Positions 1 to 13,132 of a stretch of 64,000 bases of DNA are shown piece after piece (within the stretch, counting starts at the first letter, position 1; every line of letters begins with the position of its first letter). The DNA is from Podarcis gaigeae (lineage: Eukaryota): the NCBI GenBank assembly GCA_964106915.2, contig OZ066914.1; one strand, given 5' to 3'. The notes under the pieces were generated by a model that saw only the letters and a list, made by a program, of their open reading frames with translations, made no database searches and was not told the DNA's origin. The translations under genes were made by a program, and so were the position numbers.

Positions 1-1603
1 ATCAGGGGAGGCAGTCCCAGGAGTCCCAGGCTGATTAAGTTTGTGAATATCCTCAATGTTGTGGTGTGGGGAAGGAGGTACTGATTCAGGCAGGAAGAGA
101 GAAGTGTGTGCATTTATCATAACAAACTGCTGGACGATCTCCTATTCTTCTGGAGTAGTTTTCTAACATGCTTAGTATGTTTCCTGAAAATGAATCAAGT
201 GAAGGCAAACTCCAGGACTGAGAGCTGATTCATAATTTACTGTTGTTTGAGCATTTGTTCCACACAATCTTTTGAGCTGCATTTTTTGATTAACCTTGGC
301 TGACTTTATTTACAGAGCCATAGGCTTGAAAAGTTACGTGAAATCTTTCCTTATGGTGCCATAGGCTTGAAAGGTCATGTGAAAACAAATTGCTCCTGCT
401 GGGTGTGTTCTGCCCAGATCAGTTGTTTCTACTCAATCACAAAAATTCCCAGAAGCTGCATCTGTAGTCATTTGCAATTTATTTATTAATATGAGGCCAG
501 TTCTTAAATACCAACAAAACAGTATATGATACAATCTAAGATATTAATAACTATTGAAGTCTCTGGACAATTTTTAATTTTATGTTCTGTAGGTTTTGTT
601 CTTTGGTTTCTTTGCAATGAAAATGTGAAAGTTGTTTTCTGTTGTAGACTGTTAACTGTGTTAATTGTCATTTTTAGGGGCTGCTCACTTGACAGAATGT
701 ATGCATATGAAAGGAGCTGTGGCTTGATTTGGTCTTTTAAAGATGTCTCTAATTATAAAGCAGCATGACTTTTATGTATCCAAGTTGTGTGTAATCCTCA
801 TTTTTGGACCCGCAGCAGCCTACACAATCTTTATTCTCGGAAACAGGATTTGCTACGAGTCCTGGACATTTCACCCTCATTAGCTTGTTGCTCAAAGCTC
901 ACCAAGTTGTGTTCTTGTTGATTTGCATGTGAATACTGTCAGAGAGGTAGTGTATCCATGTTGCTGCTAGCACATTTCAAATCAAACATTTTGTCCCATA
1001 TACTTGTGCAGCTTTCCATCTTCTTTCCTGGTACTGCACAATCATAGCCTGTTCTTTTCGTTCTACTTCTGAGCTACGCCTGTTTTCTAGATCTGTTTCC
1101 TCAACTGATCCTTTTAGCATTGCTCCAGCTTCTGTACATGCGTGACAACGTGGAGCTTTGATAACTGGCTGCTCAGTGCAGTGCTGGATACCTGATAGGT
1201 GACTTCAGAAGAGTGGAGCCTGAAGCAAAGGCTGAATTCAGAAAGCAGAGATTGCGAAAATGCTTTTATCTTCAAATGTATTATCAGAATTTGTTCAGTT
1301 TCTAGGCTGCCTTTCTCCAATAACGACTCAGGGCAGGTAGTAAATCCAATAAAAGAGAAGCTCAATAAACTTTATGTTTTCACTCATGGAAGCATACAAA
1401 ACTGGTTAACTTAACAGAGGTGGTGGTGTATCTCCTGCACCTGCTCCCTCTCTCCCTCTTGCTCCCTACCTCATCTGCAGGTAGCTACCTTCCATTCCCT
1501 TAAGCAGCTTGCAGTAACAAAATTCCTGTGCTTATTTTAGCAAGTTGCCCACAAAATTGTGGGAACATGTATTGCAGCATGGCACAGAGACAAGAATGTC
1601 CCA

Positions 1604-1605
<2 letters not shown>

Positions 1606-1648
<43 letters not shown>
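1606..1648. repeat. (TA)n microsatellite (left flank of PLE insertion; right flank 1865-1886)
   Basis: Direct reading. Confidence 0.95.
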
Positions 1649-1652
<4 letters not shown>

Positions 1653-1864
1653 GGTTTTGGTGTCCTCGGGTGTCTTCCCGTGTAAAAGTTGGGGTGTCTA
1701 GGCGACGTTTCGACGAGGTCTCACTCGTCATCTTCAGGCTGGTGCTTTCGGCTTCGAGTGAGACCTCGTCGAAACGTCGCCTAGACACCCCAACTTTTAC
1801 ACGGGAAGACACCCGAGGACACCAAAACCTGCATTCCTGTACCCGTGAAAATCTACGAAAGCAA
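1648..1864. mobile_element. Penelope-like element terminal-repeat (pLTR) fold-back insertion, family A, inside (TA)n
   Basis: Perfect 80-bp inverted arms at 1648-1727 and 1755-1834. Hammerhead core on the minus strand. Flanked by (TA)n on both sides. Confidence 0.75.
1702..1739 (-). ncRNA. Minimal hammerhead ribozyme motif (family A)
   Basis: Minus strand reads CUGAAGA-U-GACGAG-ugagac-CUCGUC-GAAACGUC, with palindromic ACGU stem III. Stem I is only about 2 bp. Confidence 0.6.
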
Positions 1865-2143
1865 ATATATATATATATATATATATCCCAAACCTTGGAG
1901 AATAATCCTCTTTTCAGGCATTACTCACATGTAAAAACAAGAGAAACGCTAAGCTCGAGGCCCCACATTGCCCTCTGTGAGTTGAATAATGTACTTCTGA
2001 AGCACAGTGTCTCCTATACAGGGGTGGAGGGGGCGTGGGGGGGCTGTTCCGGGGCAATTGCCCCAGGCACATTTTTCGGGGGGTGTGTGTGTGTGCTCAC
2101 ACCGCCCTCCTGGAGCCAGCCCTGTGCCACTTTGCAAGACTGG

Positions 2144-2475
2144 GATCTGATCAGATCCCAATGGCCATCTAGCCCAGCAGTGGCCAAACAGATGCTTGTG
2201 GGAAGAACACTATCATGACCTGAGAGGAACAGCACTCTACCCACCTGTGATTCCCAGCAACTGGTATTCTGAGGTATGCTGCTTCTGACAGTGCAGCATG
2301 GCTATCACGGCTCGTAGCCGTTAATATCCTTTACGAATTTGTCTGATCTGCTTTCAGACCCATCAAAGTTGGTAGCCGTCACTGTGGGAGCGAGTGCCAT
2401 AGTTAAACTATGCACTGTGTGAAGAAGTATACTTGCTTTTGTCTGTCCTGCACCTTCCAACATTCATCTTCATTG
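2144..2475 (-). mobile_element. CR1-type LINE 3' fragment (degenerate)
   Basis: cagatcccaatggccatctagcccagc ... tgtgtgaagaagta ... ccttccaacattca resembles the reverse complement of squamate CR1 3' ends. Also similar to 44870-45180. Confidence 0.55.
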
Positions 2476-2490
2476 AAAAGTCTTTCTCTT

Positions 2491-3512
2491 TTTTTAATAA
2501 TAATTTTTATTAATTTTCCAAGTTTTAAAATAAAACAGCAACATCATCAATAAGATCAAACAGATACATACAATATCATTTCTTAACCTCATTTTCTTAA
2601 CCCTCCTTTCTCAGACTTCCCCGTACCTCACCCTTTTTGCATCCTTGTTTTACAATTTTTCAGCAACCCTTTTTGCCAATTAAATTAAAACTTATCTTTC
2701 TCAATTCCACCTTAAATCATCAAATAGTTTCAGCTGTAATTCTACATCTTCCTTCCCCTTGACAATTTAACATTCCTCAATTTTATAACAGTCCTTAAGA
2801 TATACTTTAAATTTCTTCCAATCTTCCTCCACCGTCTCCTTCTCTTGGTCACGGATTCTGCCAGTCATTTCTGCCAGTCCCATAAAGTCGATCACTTTCG
2901 TCTGCCATTCTTCCAGTGTGGGTAGTTCTTGTGTCTTCCAATACTTTGCTAGAAGGATCCTTGCTGCTGTAGTGGCGTACATAAAAAAGGTCTTATCCCT
3001 CCTTGACACCAATTGATCGACCATGCCCAAGAGAAAAGCCTCTGGTTTCTTGTGAAAGGTGCACTTAAGTACCTTCTTAATTTCATTATAAATCATTTCC
3101 CAAAAGGCTTTAATCTTTGGGCAGGTCCACCAAAGGTGGAAGAAGGTACCTTCAGTCTCATGACATTTCCAGCATTTATTATTGGGCAAATGGTAAATTT
3201 TCGCCAGCTTGACTGGGGTCATGTACCACCTATAAATCATTTTCATAATATTTTCTCTTAGGGCATTACATGCCGTGAATTTAATACCGGTGGTCCATAA
3301 CTGTTCCCAGTCAGCAAACATAATGTCATGACCAATGTCCTGTGCCCATTTAATCATGGCTGATTTAACCGTCTCATCTATTGTATTCCACCTCAGCAAC
3401 AAATTATACATTCTTGATAGATTCTTAGTATTAGGTTCTAACAATTCTGTTTCTAGTTTCGATTTCTCCCTCTGGAAGCCTATTTTCCTGTCTTGTTTAA
3501 AAGTCTCCATTA
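2491..3512 (-). mobile_element. 5'-truncated L1-type LINE (ORF2 C-terminus, 3'UTR, polyA)
   Basis: Open ORF 2767-3510 with CWKC...FFHLWWTC zinc knuckle typical of L1 ORF2 ends. Minus-strand AATAAA at 2506-2511 and A-tail. Possible TSD tttctctt (2483-2490 and 3513-3520). Confidence 0.88.
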
Positions 3513-4239
3513 TTTCTCTTCTGCCTACTTCTGTGTGAATACAGTATGTTTTGAACCCTTAATGGAAAAGTGTGTGTGAATGTATTGTGAGATGCTTGAC
3601 AGAACCTGATAGCCAGTTCTTACATATTTCAAGTGCAACGAATTTGTTGTTACTCTACAAACTGTATTTGTGTGTGTGTGTTCCTATGTATGCATGTACA
3701 TGTGTGCATGTATGTAGTTCTTTTGTTCATTTTAATCTTTGCTTTTCTTTCCCCCCATTTTATCCCTGGTTTCTTTCCTTGCCTGCCTGCATGTAATTGT
3801 GCACATAATTAAGGCTGGCAAGATAAACACCTACAGCTGCTCCATGGAGGAACCCAGCCAAGACTGACACTATTCCTGTCCTGCATCGTTTGCCAAGGCA
3901 CTGAGGCTTGGTTGTCAGCATCTATTCCCTCTGTGTATCTACTACTAACCCCAAGCTTCTTACTTAATATGTTGACACACTATGGCTGATAGCAACATTG
4001 GGAGTTTTGTCAAGCGCAGCATGGTTGAGCCTTTGTAATTTTTATGAAGAATAGTGGTAATTGCAGCTGCAGGTATAGAGCCACCTTGGCTTACATCTTT
4101 TCAGAATGGTCAGTCAACATGCAGAACTTCATGTCCTCAGGTGCAATTTACCCTTGTTTTTGTTTGTTTTTTACCTTCGTCTGTATGCCAGAGAAATGGA
4201 TGGTATCTTGTCAAAAGTTTCCTAATATATTACAATATA

Positions 4240-4830
4240 TTTTTTATTAATAATAACATGAAACAATACAAGCAACAAATAGTGGATATTGTTCATCAGG
4301 TACAAATACAGTCATGATGTATATAAGGCAGAAAATAATAGCAGCATGCTAAGTTAAATAACCAAGCCCAAAAGATCTATGAGTTATTGGGAGGGGGGAG
4401 GGAGGTGTCCTAGGTTCCTCTGGGTGACAGTTAATAAAAGAAATAAACACAAAAACATAAACCAAGCAGCATTGAAAGTATCTTTTTTTTTGTTTCTGCA
4501 CACATTACTCTACCGTGTACGGAACTAAGTTTATCCATCAAAACCAAGTTCCATGCTGTCTCACACCACTTTTGAATAGTACATCCAGCCACATTTTCCC
4601 AATGTAACCGCACCTCCATGTGTGCTGCCAAAAGGAGGTTGTTTATCAGATTCTTAGAAAGCTAATCCCTCTTCCCTTTCAATATCTCTGTGAAGGAGAT
4701 CAGTAAGGACTGCAAAAAACCTTACATATTTATTTTCTTGACAGGAAGCTTTTCCTTCCCTAGGATGGAAGAAGTTGTTTTTCATTCTACCTTCCTGAAG
4801 AAGATACACCGTGGGGACCCTAGTTTCCAA
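4240..4830 (-). mobile_element. Old degenerate L1 3' fragment
   Basis: Minus-strand peptide ...LHWENVAGCTIQKWCETAWNLVLMDKL resembles an L1 ORF2 C-terminal end. An AT-rich tail lies near 4240. Confidence 0.4.
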
Positions 4831-5123
4831 CTATGTGCTCTACTATAGCTACTATATAAATCTATATTTCTATCTGTCTGCACTATTTATGCTATATACT
4901 ATAGCTACTGTATGATATACCTGATTGAAATACTGTTGAGAAGACACTGAACTGTATTTTGATCCAGTCTTTCCTGGCCACAAGTTCCCTAACCAAGCTT
5001 TCCATTTCCACCTTGAGTAGGGTGGAGGGAATTGGGTCCTTGTTTCTCAGAAAATCTGTTGTGTTGCATTATTTGAAGATGAGATATTTGTAAGATATTC
5101 AATCCAAATGTATTATTTTGCAG

Positions 5124-8100
5124 GTACTGAGCAACAGCCGATAAATGTTGCCCCCTCTTCAGAGTCTTTTACCAACTGGAGAGCTATATTATCACCAACA
5201 TGGCCTTCTAGAGAACTTGAGTCTTCCTCAGTGGGTGACATTTCAATGAGGCAAGCCTTGGAGAATGCCAATCTGCTTCAGATAATAAAAAGTACTTTAG
5301 CAGAGACACGGACGAGAACTATGGACCAAACTAGGTTTTTGCCAAGCCTATATCAAGGCAGTGGCAACAGCGCATCCCAAGAACCTTCTGAGGTATCAGC
5401 TGAATCACCAGTGAAGTCTCAAGATGCTGACGAAATGACTATTGTATCAGGTTTGCCTCAAATCAGTGTGTTACCCGCATTGTCCACATCATCACCAGTG
5501 ACACATTCAACTACTACTGTGTCATCCCAGATAATTCCATATGCAACATCCTCCATTTCAAAAGAAATCACATCGGGATCAGACATAGTTTCAACCTCTC
5601 CATTACCACCCCCTTTGCCATTGGTAAAGGAATCACCTCATATCATAATTGTTTCCAATTTGACTGTGCCACCCACCCAAGTGCCTTTGTCCACAGATAC
5701 AGAAAATTCATTCAGCATAGACACAGTTAATTATTTAAATAAAACTTCAGGTAATCCACAGAGTACGCTAGTGCCTGGAAATTCCAGCGCAACAGAATTT
5801 GCAGCATCCAGAAAGGATGGCAAAGAGTTTTCTGTTGCCACCTCAATTAGTGATGGCATTGGATTGATTAGTGGTCATTCCACAATACCAGCAGGGACAC
5901 AATCACACCCAGAAGATAGGAAACTGCACTCTCCTGCTTTGCATGCAATAATATCCAATAAGACTTCTCTCCTATTATCCAGTCACAGAGTGCCATTGAA
6001 TTCTAGCAGAAATATTTTTTTCTCTGGATTCACTCACAAAGCATCTTTTGTAGCAGAGCTCCCGAGTAAGCCACCAGATGCCATGACACATCATAAGGAG
6101 AGTAGCATATATGCAACTGCATCATCTACAGTTCATAAGAACAAGACAGTTCCTTGGATTTCTGCATCAGCCCCCCATACCTTAAGTTCTTCACCTGCAC
6201 AATTTAAAATAATGACTGATTTGCTGTCTGCATCACTTTCAAGTTCTTCCAAAGAGAGAGATTTATTAGCAGTATCTGAAAATCCAAGACCTTTTCGTTT
6301 GTCTCTCCCAGCAGTGCCAACTGGAGCTATTTCAGAGGCAATAAGCAAAAATAGTGTGATTGTTCCAGCACCCGCACCTACTAGTATACCAGCTTTTTAT
6401 ACAGCAGATAAAGTCATTTCCTTAATAAAGGGGACAAATCAAACTTCTAACGCAGCTGGACATCAGATGGTTTCAGCACCAAATGATAAAGTTGCTTCCG
6501 ATATTCATTTAACAAATCCTTATGCCACAGAATCAAAACCAGAGATTTCTAATACAGCTTATGAAACCAGTGAAAACACACCTCCCATAGCCTATGAAGC
6601 CTTGGTAAGATCATTACAACGTCGGTCATTCACCAAAGATGCTAGTGACGCAGTGTTCACAAATGTTGATGTGAATAGATTATTTCCAGGAACGCGAACC
6701 ACAAATGTTTCTTTAGAAACTCCTGCCAACGAGCAAATTCTCAAGAGAATTTTGCCATTTGAAAGAACCAGCTCCAATAAATTTTCAGTATCTTTGCCAA
6801 CTTCTGTTGGAGGCCTTTTGAAATTTCGTTCCACAGCCATGTTTATATCTCCTCCTGATAATTTTAGAAGTTCTCGATTAGCAGATTCTAATGTGGGAAG
6901 GCCAATTCTTAGCTTGATAGAAAAGGAGGAGAGAAATGTGAAGGTATCCACCACTGCGATGCCCCATGCAGAATATTTATCTCATCTACCTTTAAATGAA
7001 TCTGATGCTGAAATGCATGAAACCGTACATAAAGTTGATACTTCCTTCAGGACTGCTATTTCACCTTTGGACATATACATGTTTCCCTCTTCTACTCCAG
7101 CAGCAGAACGTTTGGAAAGCCCAGTGCCTGCTTCCCTAGAAGTTTCAAACACTGCTTCAAAAGGCATCTTAGATATTTCAGATGCAGGAAAGATTTTAAA
7201 AACCACACCATTAGTTCCTGTGTGGGACCCTGGAAGCTGGCTGTCATCTACTGGCATAAGTATATCTTCAGGAAAGACAACAACTCATGTGTCCCGGGTT
7301 GCAGAGGACTATGTGAGCCCTACAGCTTTAAGAACAATATATACAGTGGTTCCAGGCCTACAGCAGCAAACAAATTATGTAAATAAACAGATGCCTTCTA
7401 GCACAGCCACATCACCCATTAGTACATCTGTAACAGTTCTCCCAAATTCTTCAGTTTCAAGTGGAAGAAACTCTAAGAGCTTCACAGAATTTAACACATA
7501 CCCATTGACTGTAGAAACATCTTCTGGCCAGTATGCATCCTTTCCAAGTAAACAAAGTGCTCTCTCACAGGGCACAGAAGTCCCATCCCTGCAATCCAAG
7601 AAGGACACTCGTACACATGGAAATATTTTGGAATATTTTACTGCCAGGAATATGAATGTCACTTCGAGCTTTGGGGAAAATTCCTATCCTGTGTATGAGG
7701 ACTTCACAGCTGCTAATACGAGGACGTCTACTAGCACGGAAGCATTTTCCTCTATTTTGACAGCATATGATCACTTGTGGCCTTTTGTTTCTTATGCCAA
7801 GTCCCAGACTATGTTGAAGCCTCAAACAACTAATTCTGGAAACCTTTTTGCATCAACAGATGCCTTCTATGCAACATCATCTCCCCTATCACTGGCTTCT
7901 CAATTCATTGCTAAATTAACTGTTCCAGTAAATAAGGAAATTAGTGCTGTTAGCAGTAAAAAAACAACATATCACAGCCTGGCACACGAATTGCTAAGCT
8001 CAACACCAGTATTAAATGTTGAAGAATATGTGACTTCAGGAAAACCAACACAGTTCACAAAGGGCCCTGTTTCAGGAGCAAATAATCACTTGAATAAACA

Positions 8101-8897
8101 GCTAACAAGTACAGGAGGGTGGGACACAAAAGGTACAAGTGATATAGATACAGTTAAAATGCATATTGAAGCCACAAAGATCACTCCATTGCAAACACAT
8201 ACCACTAACACAGCCATCATAACCTCTGTTCATGCATCACAAACACGACTAACTACTCCTTTGTTGCCAAAAACCAACTTTACCCATTCTGTCATTACAG
8301 TGTTACCGTCTGTGTCTCCTGGTGTAATACCATCTGTAGCAACTTCAGAAGCAACACCAGTTACAGGAAAATCAGCTCCAACATCACCAATGCTGACTTC
8401 ATCCTTGTTCTCACTGAGCACTGAAAATTCGCCATCTGTGATGGCATTAAGCACGTTAATATCAACACTAGCAAAAAATAATACTGCCACAAAAATGGCA
8501 CCAACTTTAAGCCCAGTAGTGACACGTGCAGCCTTTCCAGTTGTATCAACAGATGAGTCTACAACACCTGTGCACTCCACTAGCTCATTTCCAGTCACAA
8601 AAACGAGTACAGTTTCAGCCCCCACAACACATGCACCAAGACAAACTGAAACAGCAACACATGACACCAAGAAATCCACAAGTTCAGACACCAGTAAAAC
8701 ATCAACTGCATACCCACTGACAATTACAGCAGCTTTGACATCTATTACAGCATCAGCGAAAACAGCTAGACTTCTCCCTACACCTGCCGAAAATACTTCT
8801 GCTACTACTACAACAGTGTCAACTTCAGCTTTTGCTAATGTGACAACAGTTCTTCCTTTGGAATGCCAGCTCTCCAGAAACCTTCTCATTAAGACAG
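5124..8897 (+). CDS. KIAA1549: KIAA1549 giant exon (3774 nt) encoding Ser/Thr/Pro-rich mucin-like ectodomain
   Basis: Lies in ORF 5108-8911. Acceptor ttttgcag|GT at 5123/5124 and donor ACAG|gtatga at 8897/8898, phase 1-1. Ends ...LECQLSRNLLIKT. Confidence 0.93.
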
Positions 8898-10117
8898 GTA
8901 TGAATATGTAGAGGGTTAGTTATCACGAGGCATTGCAATTTCTAATGAAGACATAATATGAATGTCAAGTAGCATTATTATTATTTAAATAGTTTAATAA
9001 ATGACACCGGATAAATTGCAGCTAATTTGATGGATAGATTCTTTGTTAGTTTTTGCAAATCTGAATGATTGTTGATAGTGGAGTGCATGTGCTGCTCCTA
9101 TAAGTTCATACAGCCCAGTTCAAACTGTGGCCATGTCCTGTTTCCTCCATCACTGCCAGGTGGCTGTACCAGTGAGGCCAGAGAATCCAGTGCACCAGAG
9201 ATCAGTATGTTCCAGCTAGGAAGGGAGCTGTCCAGCAAAGGTGCCACAGAGAGCACAATTTTCTGGCTTGGTAATGGCTAGCCTTCAACTAAGCAGGTTT
9301 ATTGCTGACTCTGCTGCCCATCCCTGATCTGAACTGCGTGAGAAGTTTCCTCCTCACAAGTAGGAGTAGAAGGCCTTGTGCTGTCAAATTGGCTCTTCAG
9401 ATCATTGGGGCTTCTGTCTCCTCTGTTCCTAGGAATTATTTTGGAAGGTCTGGTACTGATCACGGCACATCGGTTCTCCTGAAGATGTGGATTCCTCAAG
9501 CAGGACATCTTCATGAGTGATGGCCTTGGGAGACTTTATGGGGGTGGGGGTGGTATGTCAAATTCTGCTGAAGCCCCATGAACACTGTAGGGGATGTGGC
9601 TAGCAACAGGTTTCTTCGTTTCTTCCACAGTTTCCTCCAGTTCTGGGCTCATCTTGATAGGAAACAGTGTGTTTGGACATGCCACTGTGAAATGCTCTCA
9701 TATAACTTGCATGTAAATATGTTTAGGATCGCTGCCATGACCTGTTTCCTATATAGTATTGTAGGGGTCTGTATAACACCTTCCTAAAAACGCAGTAATT
9801 GCAGTTTTATTTCTTCCCAGCAATAACTGGTAACTGCGTTTTCCTGTACATGATGGACCCACAAGCAGATTTGTCACATCAACTCATAGAATTAATATTA
9901 CCAATTTACAACACATGTTCTAGTGCCAAGACATTAACTGCAGCCTTTGAAATTGCTCTAGATGGAAATATCATGGATGCAGTGGACTTCATTATTGACA
10001 ATTCCCTAACACTTTCCATGCTGAAATTGTAGTACAGATAGCTGTGTGTGCGACAGGTCACCTACATTTTGCATTTGTAATCTTGGGTGTAGGAGGAAGG
10101 AAAGGATAGAGCTAGAT

Positions 10118-10246
10118 CAGGCACCCCCAAACTCCAGATATTTTGGGACTACAATTCCCATCATCCCTGACCACTGGTTCTGTTAGCTAGGGATGATGGG
10201 AGTTGTATTCCCAAAATATCTGGAGGGCCGAGTTTGGGGATGCCTG
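10118..10246. mobile_element. hAT-type palindromic MITE (gggactacaactcccatc family)
   Basis: TIRs caggcacccccaaact/agtttggggatgcctg. 8-bp TSD agctagat/agctagac. Confidence 0.8.
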
Positions 10247-11358
10247 AGCTAGACTGATGGAGTTGATGATCTCTGGGTGGGATTAAACTGAGAAGTCGTG
10301 TCAGTGGAAGCCCTGCTGAAGAACTTCTGCTTATGAAATGGAGCTTCCCTTGTTGTTTCCCAATGCCCCTGAACTGGCTGAATAGCATGGGGAGGGTTGT
10401 GTCTGATCGTTCTGTCTGGAAAGCCAAAATATCTGTCCTGATGGAACTATCACCTTAGCGTAATGTTGAATTCCTCCCTCTGTCGTGTTACGTTAGAAGA
10501 AACGTACACATCTCTCGCTAGTCATATCTCTTGCTTTTATAGTCACAAAAATACTAGAAATGTTTGTGACTACTAACTGATGGCGAAGTTGATACAAAAT
10601 ATAGTGGCTTGTTTCATTAGGGCAACAAAGCAGGGGATTTGTATTGAAGCATTTGTGTAGACTATTCAGTGTGTAATTGAGTTAAGTTGCTTTACATCAG
10701 GGATAGCTAATGCAGTGCCTCACGGATGTTGCTGGACTCCAGCTCTCATAGTCTTTGACTATTTGCCATGCTGGCTGGGGCTGATGGCTGATCTGGAGGG
10801 TACCACATTGGATGCTTCTGTTTTAAAGCATATTGGCACATGCCCTCAGAAAACCCATGCTTTTCTGTCTGTCCACCCACTCTGTTACCAACACAGTTCC
10901 AGTGTATGGATTTATTTTTAGGTACATTGTACAAGGAAGCTAATAATGCATACTGAACTTGTTTTTCTTTTCAAATCAACAGGGATGTTGATTTGCTTAT
11001 TACGATCCACTTTGCAAATTCTTCCAGACTAGTATCTCTGAGTCATATGTGTTAATATGCATCTGTAATGCTAAAATGCTTCCTTAATGTATCTGCAGAT
11101 AATCCTTTACTGAAAAAAATTGGTATCGTTATGACTCAGTGTGCCCGTGTGGGTTTTAAATAAGTAGCAACCTAACTGTCTTCAGTTCCCAACAATAGCA
11201 TTTCCTCGGCTTGAAGGTTTTGGTGCTAAGCATAAGTTCACTTCCAGACTGCAGCTGCTTCGTAGAGCCCATGTGAGCAGTCATTAGGCTTTTGAAAAGG
11301 ATTATTAAGCAAATGAACAGAGGGTGCTTTTTAACTAATGTATAACTTTGCATTCTAG

Positions 11359-11471
11359 TTTTGTTTCTGAACACAAGAAGACTGCTGCTGAGCGACTCCT
11401 TAAAGCAGAATGTCACAAAAGGTCTCACCCAGGCATTGCGACGAGCTTTCAGCCAAAATGTCAATGCTCAA
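11359..11471 (+). CDS. KIAA1549: KIAA1549 exon (113 nt) VLFLNTRRLLLSDSLKQNVTKGLTQALRRAFSQNVNAQ
   Basis: cattctag| acceptor, CAA|gtaagc donor, phase 1-0. Similar to recalled human ...AKGLTQALRKAF. Confidence 0.92.
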
Positions 11472-11891
11472 GTAAGCAAATTTAGTCATTTTTTTTAATA
11501 ATCAAATTAAGAGCAAAGGCCAAGGAGAGAATGGGAATTGTCTCCACTCACTGTCATAATTATTTTTCTGTTGCATTTCAGATTGTATTGTATTCCTAAC
11601 ACCTATGTATACAGATCCATACAAATAACCCATTAGCACTTTTTTCTTTAGAAAGTGGGGGCAATTGATGGAACTGTATTATGGGTAGAATTTTGTCTGA
11701 GTGGTGTCTTTCTTTCTTGTTGCAGATACTGTGATGCTATCTGTTGGGAGTCAGGAAAATAAATTTAAATACTGAGCACTAAATTCTATAGCCAGTCATA
11801 TAATTCTTGCCATTTTGGCTATAGTATACTGATAACCCAAAGTCATTTCGGATGTTGTTGTTTTTTAAAAAGAAACTAGGGTATTTTTAAA

Positions 11892-11892
<1 letters not shown>

Positions 11893-11933
<41 letters not shown>
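11893..11933. repeat. (TG)n microsatellite
   Basis: Direct reading. Confidence 0.95.
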
Positions 11934-11934
<1 letters not shown>

Positions 11935-12110
11935 TGTCTGTGTCTGTGTAAACCCATTTCTCTTCTGTCTCCCCATCAGTAGAAATTGGGCTTTTGACAA
12001 TTTGAAAATCACACATGTGGGACCATTTCTCAAGTGTGACTGAAAGAAATTTCTGCTATCATTATAGTTTTATAGCTTAAGCATTTAAAGGTTTTATAAT
12101 CTTATAATGC

Positions 12111-12172
12111 TTTGGGATGGAAAAGAAATTATTTGGGATGGAAAAGAAATTATTGGGATGGAAAAGAAATTA
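12111..12172. repeat. 21-bp tandem repeat x3 (tttgggatggaaaagaaatta)
   Basis: Three head-to-tail copies, the third 1 nt shorter. Confidence 0.9.
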
Positions 12173-13132
12173 TGACCCTATGGAAGTTTGCTCAGAATAA
12201 GTTCAGTGGGACTTACTCATGAGTAAATGTGCATAGGAATACATCTTAGCTGTTGCATTTTCAACACCTGAGCACTGAAATTGATATACGTAAATGGAAA
12301 CATTCTATGCTGTCATCTAAACTGAATGTTTGAAAAGATGCGTTCTGTCCCCCATCCCTTCCCTTCTGGAGAGTATCTATTTGTGTAGGATTAGAATTGT
12401 GTGTATTTGACTTGGATTTTTAGAACGCTGGTGGAATGTCTTTCTGTGCCACAGCCTTAAGCTGTATGTGAAAGTATGAGAGCATATAATATTTCTATAT
12501 GCCATTTACAGTCAGGTTTATGTCACTTGGAAGATAATATTTCTATACCTCTGCCATGAACAAGGAAGAAAAATGACTTTAATATCAATTTTCTTGCCCT
12601 GGTTAGGTTTATATTTCTCATTTTTCTTCAGTATACCAGTTACCTGTAGAATTTATTTACTTGAATTTAAGGCTGTCCAGGACATGAGCTTTTACTTGTT
12701 CTGATTGAAAAATGTTGCCATTTTGCAATGATGACAGCCTGTTTTATTGGAAAGTACAGCTCTTTTGAGTGGAATATATAAGAGTGATTCAAATGGGATG
12801 TGACTTCTAATTTATTTTAGGTATGATTGTCAGCTATCTTGTGGGAGTTGTTCAATGGCAGCAGGCCTCAAGACATCAGAAATGAGGGAATTGGGAATAG
12901 TTTTGTTCTGAACTCAGCTTTTCCACAGCTTATCAAATAGTCTAGGAAGTTCAGTAAATGGCTGCCACTCCTGTTAGTCTATCCTCTAGCATGTATGATA
13001 TATTAGTTTCTTTGAAGCTCAATATTTATTCTAATATAAAACAATTTTGGCTTTAAAAAATAGGGCGGGGAGGGAGATTTGAGGCACCTTGATCACTGTT
13101 TATCTTAATTACATGAAACTAAGAGTTGTCAG

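Noticed and set aside
1537-2218. ORFs 1559-2218 (+) and 1537-1812 (-)
   Set aside because: Artefacts of the (TA)n tracts (YIYIY) and the palindrome, which gives the same peptide on both strands. No protein homology recognised.
4105-4146. ATGCAGAACTTCATGTCCTCAG|gtgcaa could splice in frame to the giant exon
   Set aside because: Weak donor, no signal peptide and no promoter evidence.
5108-5123. ATG at 5108 as KIAA1549 start
   Set aside because: It lies in the acceptor's pyrimidine tract and no signal peptide follows. The real first exon is presumably upstream of the window.
6133-8889. Antisense ORFs over the giant exon (up to 219 aa)
   Set aside because: Shadow frames of a Thr/Ser-biased coding exon.
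12111-12172. 21-bp direct repeats as a CRISPR-like array
   Set aside because: No spacers and a eukaryotic context. It is a simple tandem duplication.
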